From assembly GCF_037042905.1 (NCBI RefSeq), contig NC_087250.1:25608001-25672000 (forward strand): a stretch of 64,000 nucleotides of DNA, written 5' to 3'. The position numbers and the translations under genes are program-made. Positions within the stretch are counted from its first letter, which is position 1, and every line of letters begins with the position of its first letter. The notes beneath the pieces were generated by a model. That model saw nothing but the letters and a program-made list of their open reading frames with translations, was not told where the DNA came from and did no database searches. This document shows, piece by piece, positions 26,121 through 38,571 of this stretch. The stretch comes from Lytechinus pictus (lineage: Eukaryota).

Positions 26121-29100
26121 CCCGATCGGGGAAAATATGGGTAAAATTTTGTTCGCCCCCCCCCCCCCTCTATTGGCGAAAGATGGATCCGCTCCTGATA
26201 TTTGTAGTGTTGTAAGTCAAGTTGAAATTGTTGTAATTGTTGGGGGATGGAATTATGCTTGTTTGTAATTACAAAACTATTTTTTTGTTATTGCTTCACG
26301 ACTGCAGTGCACTGAAACTAGATCGTTTATCATAAGGTTCTTGAGATGGCTATTTAAAACAACGATAATACAGTGCGGAGATTTGCTTGTGTTATCTAAT
26401 GGTTCTCTGGACGTGATGCATTCTTTATAGCAGATGCAAGTATATAACATGTAGATTGGTATGCACTTAGGCAGCCACGTAAGGAGTAAGGCGCTTAATC
26501 AGCGATATCCTTACTATACTCTAAGTGAAAAGTAGTTATGCACTATTATCAGCAGTCTAAAATAATATAGAATTTTTTTTTTGTATACTTACATGTGTGA
26601 TTACAATAAAAAATAGACTATGTCTTACTACTTCCTAGCGTGTAAGATTAAGTTTATACGCTGTTTTGGGAATGTTGAATATTCTATATTACTTTAGACT
26701 ATTTGTTTAATGCCAAGTGTGTTTCTTTACGGAGCATGTAAAAGTGATAGATGTGCAAAGCCAGCCATTAAATGTACCGTATAGTATTTTTCGTTGAAGT
26801 GTGGTTAGTGTATTATCATGTTTGCAAAAAGTTAAGATTAATAAGGAGTAGATTTCGGAAGATTAAAAAGCGTGAATTTTCAGAGTGACTCTGAATTTGG
26901 AAGATCTGAATCGTATTGATTGTGTGGTTTTAGATTATGTTAGTGGACATATGACATATAGAGATGGCCGACCAATTGCATTTATGCCACGCCTACTTTG
27001 ACTCTACATTGTTTTTTGTAAATATGATATGAAGTGCTAGGAATGTTAATACTACGTTAAATCAGATGTGATAAAAGTGATCTTTTGAAATCAATTTTAA
27101 TATCTGTAAATAACCAGTGCTTAAATGTCGGAGTATAGATTTGTAATGTGAATTTTGAGTAAATCTTTTAGCTGCCTGCCGGCTGTTAAGTTGATTCCGC
27201 AATGATGGTCACAATGTGATGGGGCCTTAAGAGTTGGAGTTGTTGGATCAAGTGAGTTTAATGTTGTTTTGAAATTGAAGATTGATAAAAGAGTTTTTGT
27301 TTCAGATAATTGAAGATACTAAGGTGTCTTTATTGTAATAGATTGTTGAAGATGGCAGTTCATGTATTAATAGTAATAAGTAATAGTAATATTCAATTAT
27401 GTACTTAAATGATTCTAAATACTCTCACACTTATATGTATATACATTTGTAGGCCTATCTTCAGTAGGCATGTCATTTAACTTTATTTAAGGAGTTATTT
27501 CAGGTTTAAAGAGTTAGAGTAAGGGTTGCAAGTTAGATTTTTATTTCAAAACTTGTGTTTTTCTTGCCTTGTAATATGATGAGTGTTATCACAGGATAAC
27601 GAGGAAGTAACTATTGAGAAGCAAGTCAGAGGATTCTGATGTCACATTCGAGCTGATGATGTTCTCGAGATATACAGTTTATTCATTATCATTTTTGATG
27701 AGGGTGTTAATGAATAACTTGTATTGTTATAGCTGGGGATTTTAACGTCATGTTTATATTGAATTTAGCGAAAGTATTGATTTTGATCTTACTAGAATGT
27801 ATAAGAATTATCGATACAATACTATGAATATTACAGATATGACTGCCTTGTAGCACAGTGTATTTAATTATTGTATTCATCCTGTCTTTGCTGGGTTTTT
27901 GTTTGTTTTGGTTTCGTTTTCATGACATTTTGATCGACTAGAGCTCAATCTTTTGGCGTCGTGACTGCTCTTCCCTACCCACGACATATGGAAAATGACC
28001 AAAGATGAATAACGAGTTTAGCTTTGTTCGTCAATATAACAGTACTATTCGCGCAAATAAATCTTTTAATCGCAATATGATAAGTACATTAAAAATCTTT
28101 CACTATTTCTCGCATGGTTATAAGATTTCTTGTAAAATACAAAGACAATGTCAAACAACTAATATAAACCAGTCCGTACGTATGACGGTCATTTCATACA
28201 ATCAGTGTTCAGATGTTTGGAACAAGTTAGAGCCTTCACTAACAATTTCACAAAATTATATCAATGAGTTTTCCTTCAGCTGTTCATGGTTGAAGTAGGA
28301 TGTACCACATTCATAATCTTATTCAATTCATTCGTGTATTATTATTGTGTAAAAATGACTGAACGCATTAGTAATTAATCTTGAGAGCGAGAGGGCGCAA
28401 TGTAATGATCAACAACACGAATAGATTAAAACATACATCCCAAAGTAAAATTATTGCATTGTGTTGGATTGTGTGCGTGGGTGTTTGTGGAGAAAAGGAG
28501 GGAAAGTGGGAGAGAGGGGAAGAGAATAATTTGCAAAGTCAACATTAATTCGTCTAATTTAACAAATCTCAAGACTAGCCATTCACGTATGGTATTGGAT
28601 TTTGTGTTTTTGGAGTTTGTGGGAAAATCCTTCTAAACTAGCCAGTTTTAAAACGGAGTCAACATAGTCATTGAGACACCACACAGTGTTGGCCAGTGTT
28701 AGTCGCTTCCCCTTAAATCACAAGAATGAAAGAACAAATCTAAATGGCTGTTAATCCAATCGTAGGAACAGATTAAGCATTTGACGACGATCTTGATTGG
28801 TTATCGGCATGTTTCGATTGAAAGCAAACCATGGTATCGATCATGGAGCTCTGGATCGAAACAGATTTCTCAATTCATTCGACTGTTCGAAGTAACAATT
28901 TCAATAAACAATTTTGAGATTTTTTTTTTTTTTTTTTTACAAGTACACAACTAGTTACCGAAAATGTGTATAGCATTATCATTTATTTAAATGCATGATA
29001 AAAGACCATTATCGAAGATCGAACCCCGATCCTCGATAGTCTACTGAATAAAATACGCATGCAACGATGATCTTTATAGGTCATTTCAATCAACAACCTT

Positions 29101-29849
29101 TGTGCTCCAGTCCGAAAATTCGCACAAAGTACCTAGGGCCGGCTGTAAACTACAAGGCTGAAGAGTAGTTTTGAATAAATTTGAAGTAATTAATTATTCA
29201 AATGACTGAGTGAAATTCAGGAGAACACTGCAAAACTTTTTCTATTCTATTGAATAAAATTCATTAATGTTTCTTAAACAAGTGTACACATAACTATAAA
29301 CAATGCTTTATCATTTTCATGTGTTTGAAAGAAGAATGAAATTGTTGATTAAATTCCTTGGTCACGGACACAAGTGCCGTGACCAAGTACCCAACACGTG
29401 ACTATAGTGGTCAGGCACCTTTGATAGACTACCCGGCCAAAGAATTACAAGCCATTTATTAAAATTTGGTTCACCCTTAAAACGTTTTCATAGTAAAAAT
29501 AGCATTTAGATTATTTGACTTGTGACGTAATGCAAGCAGTTTTCCCTCATATCGTATGGTAAAATAATCGGCGAAAGGCCACTTTCTCAGGAAATTTAAA
29601 TGTAGGTTTTACTGTATCACGAGTATATCAGTAGTTCAATCATTTCAAATCTGCTCCTAAAAAGAATACAACAATAAGTCATCACAAACAAAGTAAAACA
29701 TTTGAATTTATGCATTTTATATCAATCAAAATATGATACAGCTGCTCGGTTATGAAATCACATATCCAAAACTTGAATTTCCATTCACTTTCTTAATCTT
29801 TAATTGATTTTCGGCAAACCTACAATTTGTGTATTTTCATTTCTGTTAA

Positions 29850-30313
29850 AGCGACCTTACATTGCCAAATCATGGGGAAATTGAATCAATACGAAATTTG
29901 CAAAAGGCCAATTGACTTGCATATTATAATCCGTCCGTCATGAGATCCCGTCGGACTAATGCGATAAAAGTTCGGACAACACGAATTTGACCGAACTCGT
30001 GATCGTTGTTTACTTCGGGTTATCGCAGTTCTAGTTTCCAACAATCCCAATTTCTAGACTCTTAGCAGGTCTCTTGATTGCTAAACCAAAATAAATAACC
30101 TCTGTGAAGTTATATGTTTCAAAGTGAAAATTAACAGTTTTCTTCTATTTGGTTAGTCTACTAACTATTGCTCTCCAGTATTAGACCTCCGAGACACGCC
30201 GGCGTCTATTACATAACACCCCTAGGCATATACACCCGAGTGAAAGACTTTAAACCCTTCTCCGTTCTGAGATTGGTCTTGATTTCCCCATGATTTGTCA
30301 ATTAAAGGTCGCT
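29850..30313. mobile_element. TTAA-target MITE nested in another TTAA-type MITE (~29465-30332)
   Basis: TTAA|AGCGACCTTACATTGCCAAATCATGGGGAAAT ... ATTTCCCCATGATTTGTCAATTAAAGGTCGCT|TTAA. Confidence 0.8.
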
Positions 30314-33300
30314 TTAAGGGTGAATTTCCTCTTTAATAAACAGGTTTTTTTTAATAAACGATACTTGATGTAATCAATCACTGTAATCGAATACAATTAT
30401 TGGTTAAATTGTCCCCGACCGTCACCTCTTTGTTACGATTTCACGACAAATGTGAAAAAGGGTTCTGCATCACGCTAGTTTCTTTATTTAAGTATTAAAT
30501 TTGAGTGTTTCTTGTTGAAAAATCCTTTTAAATGTTAATTCATAACTTATTGTGAAATATGTTTGTATTAACCATATTTTAAATGAGTAATGTTATCTGA
30601 TATCCCTCTCTTCATAATGATGTAGCCTCGGAATTTTCGTTCAAAAGAACTCAAAATAATCTTTTGGAGAGCCTCGGTAACAATCGTCGGTTTCCGAAGG
30701 CTATATAAACAAAGTCGTCCCCATTACTACCTACAAGGGCAATGACCACTGCCAATTTCAGTTAAATTATTAGGACTATCGGCCGCTGACTGTGTGTATG
30801 TTGAACGGAGTAATCCCTTTGCATATTTGGAATTGTCTAATCTCCGAAATTTAAGTCTAAATTTGAATTTAGATTTTATGTCCTCTTACACGTTGAAGAG
30901 GTTCGTCCAATTGTTGACTCGTTTAATATCATTTGGTCTACCATCAGTTCGTCCACTATCCTCATTGTCTTGTTGACATTTCGTCAATAACCCGTTGGTC
31001 CAATAATAGCCATTTAGTCCTTCTAATCAAACTTAATTTGAAGGGAAAAAATAAAAAAAACGAATGAAACTCATTTGTTATACCAACTATTTATGAGACG
31101 AAATGGTAATAGACGATCGGGTGATTAGACGAAGTGATAGTGGGACCAAATGGTTATTGGACCAAAAGTTTACTAGACGAAATGTAGACAGACTGAGTGG
31201 TATTAGACTATTGAAATGAAGGTAGACCTTGCGGAGAGTGGACGGCAGTAGATGACTTACCGTTGAAGACGGGTAGAGGAAGTATGCACAATAATTAGTT
31301 GCACCGCAAATAAGTCGCCCGGTGAAGCGGCGGATTTCGTTCCCGCGGCGGATACGGTGCCTGACAGATACGGTACTAGGCACACAATCCGCGAACGCCG
31401 GCGGATTTAATACCAATTATTCTTCGGGAGATATATTTTTTGCTATTACTTTCACCGCGCGCGAGCGATATCTCAAACTACATCACCCCCCCTCCCTCTC
31501 CGATATTGCCAGAGGCGTGCATGCGCGGCCCAGGATGACGTCATACACGTTGTCAATCTGAACCAAATCCGCCGAGGAACCAAAATCTGCAAACATCAAA
31601 CAACGTAAAACCAGGCGGATATTTCATTTTCCTTATCAAAACAAGTCATTATAAATTGAATTATATATACTTATTTAACATGTTTAATATATTCAAGTAA
31701 CCATCATTTTTATAAATGATATAATGTAATAAATATGTATATATTCTCTTAATCGAATTTTTATCTAAATAGTAATGTTAAAAAGTTAAATGAAGCGCCA
31801 GAGAACGATCATCGGTTTCCAGAGGCGAGGAAGTTTCGTCGCCATAGGCGTAATAAGTTGTAGGATATGAAACTGACAGTACTGCCAATATCAGTGAAAT
31901 ATTTGGTTATAGATAGACCAATAAGCACTGACCTCTTCAGGGTACTGTCGGAGGAAGACAGCTTCATAAACCAATGCAAGACTTCAAAATCATACAACTT
32001 GTTTGTTGATTCGATATACTAGTTTTACGTTTTTGCTCAGTTATTCAGGGGCCTGTTGCAGAAAGAGTTGCAATCAATCTCAACTCTAAAAATCACGTAT
32101 AACTTGATTTTCAACCAATCAACAGTGTGCATTTGGGACTTGCGTTTGATTTTTGACTTGCATTTAAACGCAACTCTTTCTGCAACGGGCCCGGATCAAG
32201 TTGATATTTTGGTACAGACTCTCCCTCAATATTTTATCTTCGTGTATCTATAATCCGATATCAAGATTGGTCTTGATTTCCCCATGATTTGTCAATTAAA
32301 GGTCGCTTTAAGGGTGAATTTCCTCTTTAATAAACAGGTTTTTTTTAATAAACGATACTTGATGTAATCAATCACTGTAATCGAATACAATTATTGGTTA
32401 AATTGTCCCCGACCGTCACCTCTTTGTTACGATTTCACGACAAATGTGAAAGAGGGTTCTGCATCACGCTAGTTTCTTTATTTAAGTATTAAATTTGAGT
32501 GTTTCTTGTTGAAAAATCCTTTTAAATGTTAATTCATAACTTATTGTGAAATATGTTTGTATTAACCATATTTTAAATGAGTAATGTTATCTGATATCCC
32601 TCTCTTCATAATGATGTAGCCTCGGAATTTTCGTTCAAAAGAACTCAAAATAATCTTTTGGAGAGCCTCGGTAACAATCGTCGGTTTCCGAAGGCTATAT
32701 AAACAAAGTCGTCCCCATTACTACCTACAAGGGCAATGACCACTGCCAATTTCAGTTAAATTATTAGGACTATCGGCCGCTGACTGTGTGTATGTTGAAC
32801 GGAGTAATCCCTTTGCATATTTGGAATTGTCTAATCTCCGAAATTTAAGTCTAAATTTGAATTTAGATTTTATGTCCTCTTACACGTTGAAGAGGTTCGT
32901 CCAATTGTTGACTCGTTTAATATCATTTGGTCTACCATCAGTTCGTCCACTATCCACATTGTCTTGTTGACATTTCGTCAATAACCCGTTGGTCCAATAA
33001 TAGCCATTTAGTCCTTCTAATCAAACTTAATTTGAAGGGAAAAAATAAAAAAAAACGAATGAAACTCATTTGTTATACCAACTATTTATGAGACGAAATG
33101 GTAATAGACGATCGGGTGATTAGACGAAGTGATAGTGGGCTCAAATGGTTATTGGACCAAAAGTTTACTAGACGAAATGTAGACAGACTGAGTGGTATTA
33201 GACTATTGAAATGAAGGTAGACCTTGCGGAGAGTGGACGGCAGTAGATGACTTACCGTTGAAGACGGGTAGAGGAAGTATGCACAATAATTAGTTGCACC

Positions 33301-34255
33301 GCAAATAAGTCGCCCGGTGAAGCGGCGGATTTCGTTCCCGCGGCGGATACGGTGCCTGACAGATACGGTACTAGGCACACAATCCGCGAACGCCGGCGGA
33401 TTTAATACCAATTATTCTTCGGGAGATATATTTTTTGCTATTACTTTCACCGCGCGCGAGCGATATCTCAAACTACATCACCCCCCTCCCTCTCCGATAT
33501 TGCCAGAGGCGTGTATGCGCGGCCCAGGATGACGTCATACACGTTGTCAATCTGAACCAAATCCGCCGAGGAACCAAAATCTGCAAACATCAAACAACGT
33601 AAAACCAGGCGGAGATTTCATTTTCCTTATCAAAACAAGTCATTATAAATTGAATTATATATACTTATTTAACATGTTTAATATATTCAAGTAACCATCA
33701 TTTTTATAAATGATATAATGTAATAAATATGTATATATTCTCTTAATCGAATTTTTATCTAAATAGTAATGTTAAAAAGTTAAATGAAGCGCCAGAGAAC
33801 GATCATCGGTTTCCAGAGGCGAGGAAGTTTCGTCGCCATAGGCGTAATAAGTTGTAGGATATGAAACTGACAGTACTGCCAATATCAGTGAAATATTTGG
33901 TTATAGATAGACCAATAAGCACTGACCTCTTCAGGGTACTGTCGGAGGAAGACAGCTTCATAAACCAATGCAAGACTTCAAAATCATACAACTTGTTTGT
34001 TGATTCGATATACTAGTTTTACGTTTTTGCTCAGTTATTCAGGGGCCTGTTGCAGAAAGAGTTGCAATCAATCTCAACTCTAAAAATCACGTATAACTTG
34101 ATTTTCAACCAATCAACAGTGTGCATTTGGGACTTGCGTTTGATTTTTGACTTGCATTTAAACGCAACTCTTTCTGCAATTGGCCCGGATCAAGTTGATA
34201 TTTTGGTACAGACTCTCCCTCAATATTTCATCTTCGTGTATCTATAATCCGATAT
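30270..34255 (+). repeat. Near-perfect 1,994-bp tandem duplication (30270-32261 / 32264-34255)
   Basis: Only a handful of substitutions and 1-bp indels; the short ORFs recur at the same offset (30794/32788, 31809/33803). Confidence 0.97.
32049..32192. mobile_element. Short PIF/Harbinger-like MITE (second copy ~34043-34186)
   Basis: GGGCCTGTTGCAGAAAGAGTTGC ... GCAACTCTTTCTGCAACGGGCCC TIRs. Confidence 0.75.
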
Positions 34256-34816
34256 TATGGATATAGAGCACCAGCTTTTATAAAGAAATCCTCCGGTAAA
34301 ACGTTGAATTACAGACACCTATTTCTTTTTTCTGAAGGCGTCGATTTCGAGAAATATGCATACGGATTTAGTTCCCTCCCATCCTTTCCAATAAACAATT
34401 GTTAACCTTGTGATATTCTCAGTCATAACTCATTAAACGGTAGACCATGCAGGGTATATTTCTTTTTTAAAATGCTGTGCACTTTTTTTTTTTGGGGGGG
34501 GGGGGGGTGCAGTATAACAAGATAATATAACGTGCTATAAGCTCAAGCTCAATACAAGACACTTCCGCACAAATTACGTTTCAATTTGAAATGATATTTG
34601 GAGAACCCAGGGGGAGAACCATGGTCTTGATATCCGTAATTGCAAACTCTCATGGAATCCTATGATATTTGCAATGCGCTAACTCAAAAGGGAGTGGTTT
34701 TTTAAGCACTTATACATTGTAAAGTATCCAAACTATCCAAACGAAAAATTCCAATATCACTAGCATATCCACATCAACCAGAAAATATACATATACAAGA
34801 CACGCAACAGCTTGAT

Positions 34817-35558
34817 CAAGGGGGTTTCAAATGAGATGGAGTAACATCAAATAAAATCTCTTTGAACAAGGATAAAAGCCGCCAGCAGAAAGTATGTCAG
34901 TCATGCATTTTGCTCAACATCTCTTGCAATTGTGCAGACAAATGATTCCCGCATGACTCCGCAGCTATAGGTCATCCATAAAAAGGAAATATGCTTTTGT
35001 GATGATAATTACTTTTTCGCCGCTTCTTGGTCTGGTTATATGTGTAGTACATAATTCGGAGGCATGCGAAAATAAACTATGCAATATGTCCTGAAATATG
35101 ACTCAAATTTGCTCGTCTGGGCATGTGCGGGCACTCGTATGGCATTTAGAGAAATGAACAACAATATTCCACCGACCACATTTGAAATGTTCATTCGCCG
35201 CAAACGATCGGAGAAGTGTTAAAATCTAGTTCAATAAAGGTCAAATTCTTTCTTTTTTCACTAATCAAAGGTTGATTGATATAATCTGGGCAAATATCTC
35301 GTTGTAATAGTGCTTGGTTATTGATGTTTTGTCATGCATTCAAATTTCAGTTTGTTTATTAATATGAAAGATGGAAAATTTATACAAATGGATATTCGTA
35401 AAATTTCACCCCTCGGATTTCTTCACTGAAACTGGCGGCTTCGGATGTGGACATCAAAAGGTCCTTATTGCCATTCTTTCTTTGTTGCTTCTTTAGAAAT
35501 GAACAGCTGCTTGAATAAATGTGTTGCCCGTTGGAACTCCAGTCGTAGAATCTTCTTG
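34817..35558. mobile_element. 742-bp non-autonomous DNA transposon with CAAG termini and 7-bp TSD (P-superfamily-like)
   Basis: GCTTGAT|CAAG...CTTG|GCTTGAT; the paralogous site at ~18129 is empty. Confidence 0.8.
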
Positions 35559-38245
35559 GCTTGATACACATTCCCCATCTTATTTTGATTTTTTACACCC
35601 ATGACTTTCTTTCATGAATGTAGGCTCTCGCAATGTGGGACGATGATGAATGGTTGGGTGGCTTCTTACCTCGAGCGTCTTGACACGAAATCATCCAACG
35701 ATCTCCACGTGTATGTTTCCCATGTAAGTCACATGCTCTGCCTTTACACTATGTGATTTCAATGGCACATTATGGACACACTACTATCATTAATGACGGT
35801 AAAAGCATGTACGTGTCAGGATAAATCGAAAGATAATCCAACAGTGAAAGATTAAATTAATTTTGAAATCTAATATGTAGTAGTAATTTGAAATCTAATA
35901 TCTAGTAGTAGCTCTTCTCTGATTCATAATTCACTCAACTCTTTTCAACGAAAATATATGGAATTTCTAATAAATTTTTGAAATGTTTCTTAAAAATTCA
36001 TGAATTAAAGGGTTTTTTTAAGTTCTGTTTTAAACACGTTTTTTTTTGCAACCGTTTGAGATTTGCCTTTGATATGCCAAAGTTTCTATACATTTGTATT
36101 CTCTGTATTTTGTGTGATCTTATGTATTATATCCTTTTTATCACTGTAGTTGTATGTATTGTCGTCTTATGCAAACGTGAAATAAATTTAATTGAAAGCA
36201 GGCAAAACGCGTTAATCAATTTTACCTTCAATTTTTAACATAGTCCAACGACAATGAGGAAATGAAGCATTATTTTTAACGAAGAAAACAAAAAGCACCC
36301 AGTAAAACGCTGTGAATGTGGGAAAAAATGTGATCGCGTTTTAACCTATAATTTGCTATATATTTAATTGAGAAAAGGTCAAAGGGGGAAAGCGAGATGA
36401 AGGAAGGTAAAGGGAGAAAAGTCAGAATACATAGATTTGGTTATATTCAATTCAATTCAATTCAATTCAATTTATTTTCATTCTTCAACATAATACAAAT
36501 AATTACATGATAAATCAATTCAATTCAAATAAAAGCATGAACAAAATTCAACATTGAATAAATAATATACATATTCAATAAGTGCTTCAAATATAAATTA
36601 ACATGCATGTCAAATTTAAATCAATATAATCAATATAATTAAATATAATTAAATCAATATAATCATATCTTATCGTAGTCAGTCCAAAGCCCCTTATGTA
36701 AATATTCCCTTTACGCAAGTTAACCTTTAACCGATCCTATACAAGTAAAACGTAGGTACGCTATGAAGGAGGAAAATCGAAGTCATAACTCGATCACAAT
36801 TATGACTTGCAAATTGCATAATTATGTTGTAACGAACAGCAAACTTAAGGATGCTTGATTGGTGATGCTATACTTATTGTATTTTCTGTTTGAGTTTGTT
36901 ATAACGATCGTTGTCTCACGGTGGCTTTTATTTCACCATCTACGATGCCAAGCATGTAAATTCATAAGATGACATTAAACAATATAAACGCACACACACA
37001 TTATAGCCCGTGGCGGCCTACGATGCCCAATAAGAAACGTTAATTGATACATCGTGTCATTTCAAATTCAAATTCAAATTCAAATTTATTTATTTCACTT
37101 CCATCAAACAAAAACAAATTGTATACCATATATAAACATGGTATAAACATGATCGTATAGAAAATATACATTATAGGCAAGAAATACAACAGGCCATCGG
37201 TGAATAAACATTCGTTGAGTTATAATAATGGAAATGCAACATTACTTGAAACAAAGGAAACATTACCACTCGTTGATTTATTTTTAATATAATGTCATTT
37301 CCAGTGAGAATCAACAGATATTGTACTTTCGGACAAAGTGATGTTGTTTTCCTCTTGAAATGCTGACCCAATCTTCAAAAATACTTTTCGAAATCCTTTC
37401 TTTCTTTCTCTTTTTTTTTTTTACTCATGTGTATATTACTCAGAACATTACTTACACCTGATGAATGGCACAACAATTAAATGTTTTTAATCATGACAAG
37501 AATTATGGCGTTTATCACCATTTTGATTGCGTTATAGCAAATCATAGATAATTCATCGCTCCGTCTTTTTTTCCGGGGGGGGGGGGGGAGCATGGACTGC
37601 ACGAACTCCTACCTTTCGCATTTTTATTAGCTAACCAAACAAAAGTAATCACAACCGAAAAAAAAATGAAGTCCAAGCACTTTTTTTACATTGTAAATGC
37701 GTAAAACAGAGCGAAATGGAAAAGCGATAGGCATTCTTTTACCGTGGGGGTCAAGAAAATGGGGAAAGTTGTAATGTATAAATAATCGATTCCAATTAAA
37801 AAAAAACATGATAGAAGTAAGAACTAACTCCAGAAATGGCGTTCAATGCATAGTCTGCAAGCACAGACCCCAATATCTCCTGTCTGCGTGAAATGAGAGT
37901 AGAGCCAAACACAGAACATATAAAATATAGTCTAACTGCTTCAGACTCTGTATTATGCACTAAGCAATAAACCAAGTGTCTATGCCTGCAACCTATGGTC
38001 TTACACCAAAATACAGGAAGAATTGAAGAATCAAAAGCCAAAACGGAAAAGTGTTTCATTTTGTTCAGATTTTTCCCTGTCATCGTTTCATCAAAACAAA
38101 ACGTGAAAATCGAAACAGAAACAGGAGGAAGCATTATCTAACCTATTTTCCCCCCAATATTGTATATTTCGCTCGTCCACATTTTTTTTCAAACGAAAAA
38201 AAATTATCTTATTGAATAATCATCTTATAGATTAAAATAATTATA

Positions 38246-38430
38246 TTAATAATAATAATAGTGAGTTCTTGTATAGCGCATAACACATTATGAATAACGT
38301 CTCTATGGGCTTCCAAAGGACTTTGATATTATTACCACGGCTGTAGCTCAAGCAGCTTTCACGCGCTCGGCATTTCAAGGAATAAATTCCTGCCAGGTAC
38401 CCATTCACCTCACCTGGGTTGAGCACAACT
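38246..38430 (-). mobile_element. SINE 3' half (Deu/CORE-like central domain, LINE-derived tail)
   Basis: Minus strand reads CTCAACCCAGGTGAGGTGAATGGGTACCTGGC ... GCGCTATACAAGAAC + (TAT)n. Confidence 0.7.
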
Positions 38431-38441
38431 CCCCCCCCCCC

Positions 38442-38477
<36 letters not shown>

Positions 38478-38538
38478 TATAAATAAATAAATAAATGAAT
38501 AAATAAATAAATACTAATAATAATAATAATAAATAATA

Positions 38539-38571
<33 letters not shown>

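Larger units (their letters stand above)
17875..28370 (+). repeat. Old segmental duplication copy 1 (partner ~34578-40215), broken by copy-specific insertions
   Basis: Collinear diverged blocks: 17875-20020 vs 34578-37760, 21770-22200 vs 37790-38230, 23740-24005 vs 38720-38960, and 28000-28370 vs 39780-40215. Confidence 0.9.

Noticed and set aside
26250..27480. Possible LINE endonuclease relic on the minus strand (FITSDFNV)
   Set aside because: A single weak motif amid many stops; cannot be supported by eye.
31087..33532. Duplicated 109-aa and 71-79-aa ORFs
   Set aside because: They lie in inverted-repeat MITE sequence within the 2-kb duplication; no domain motifs or splice signals, and one is frameshifted between copies.
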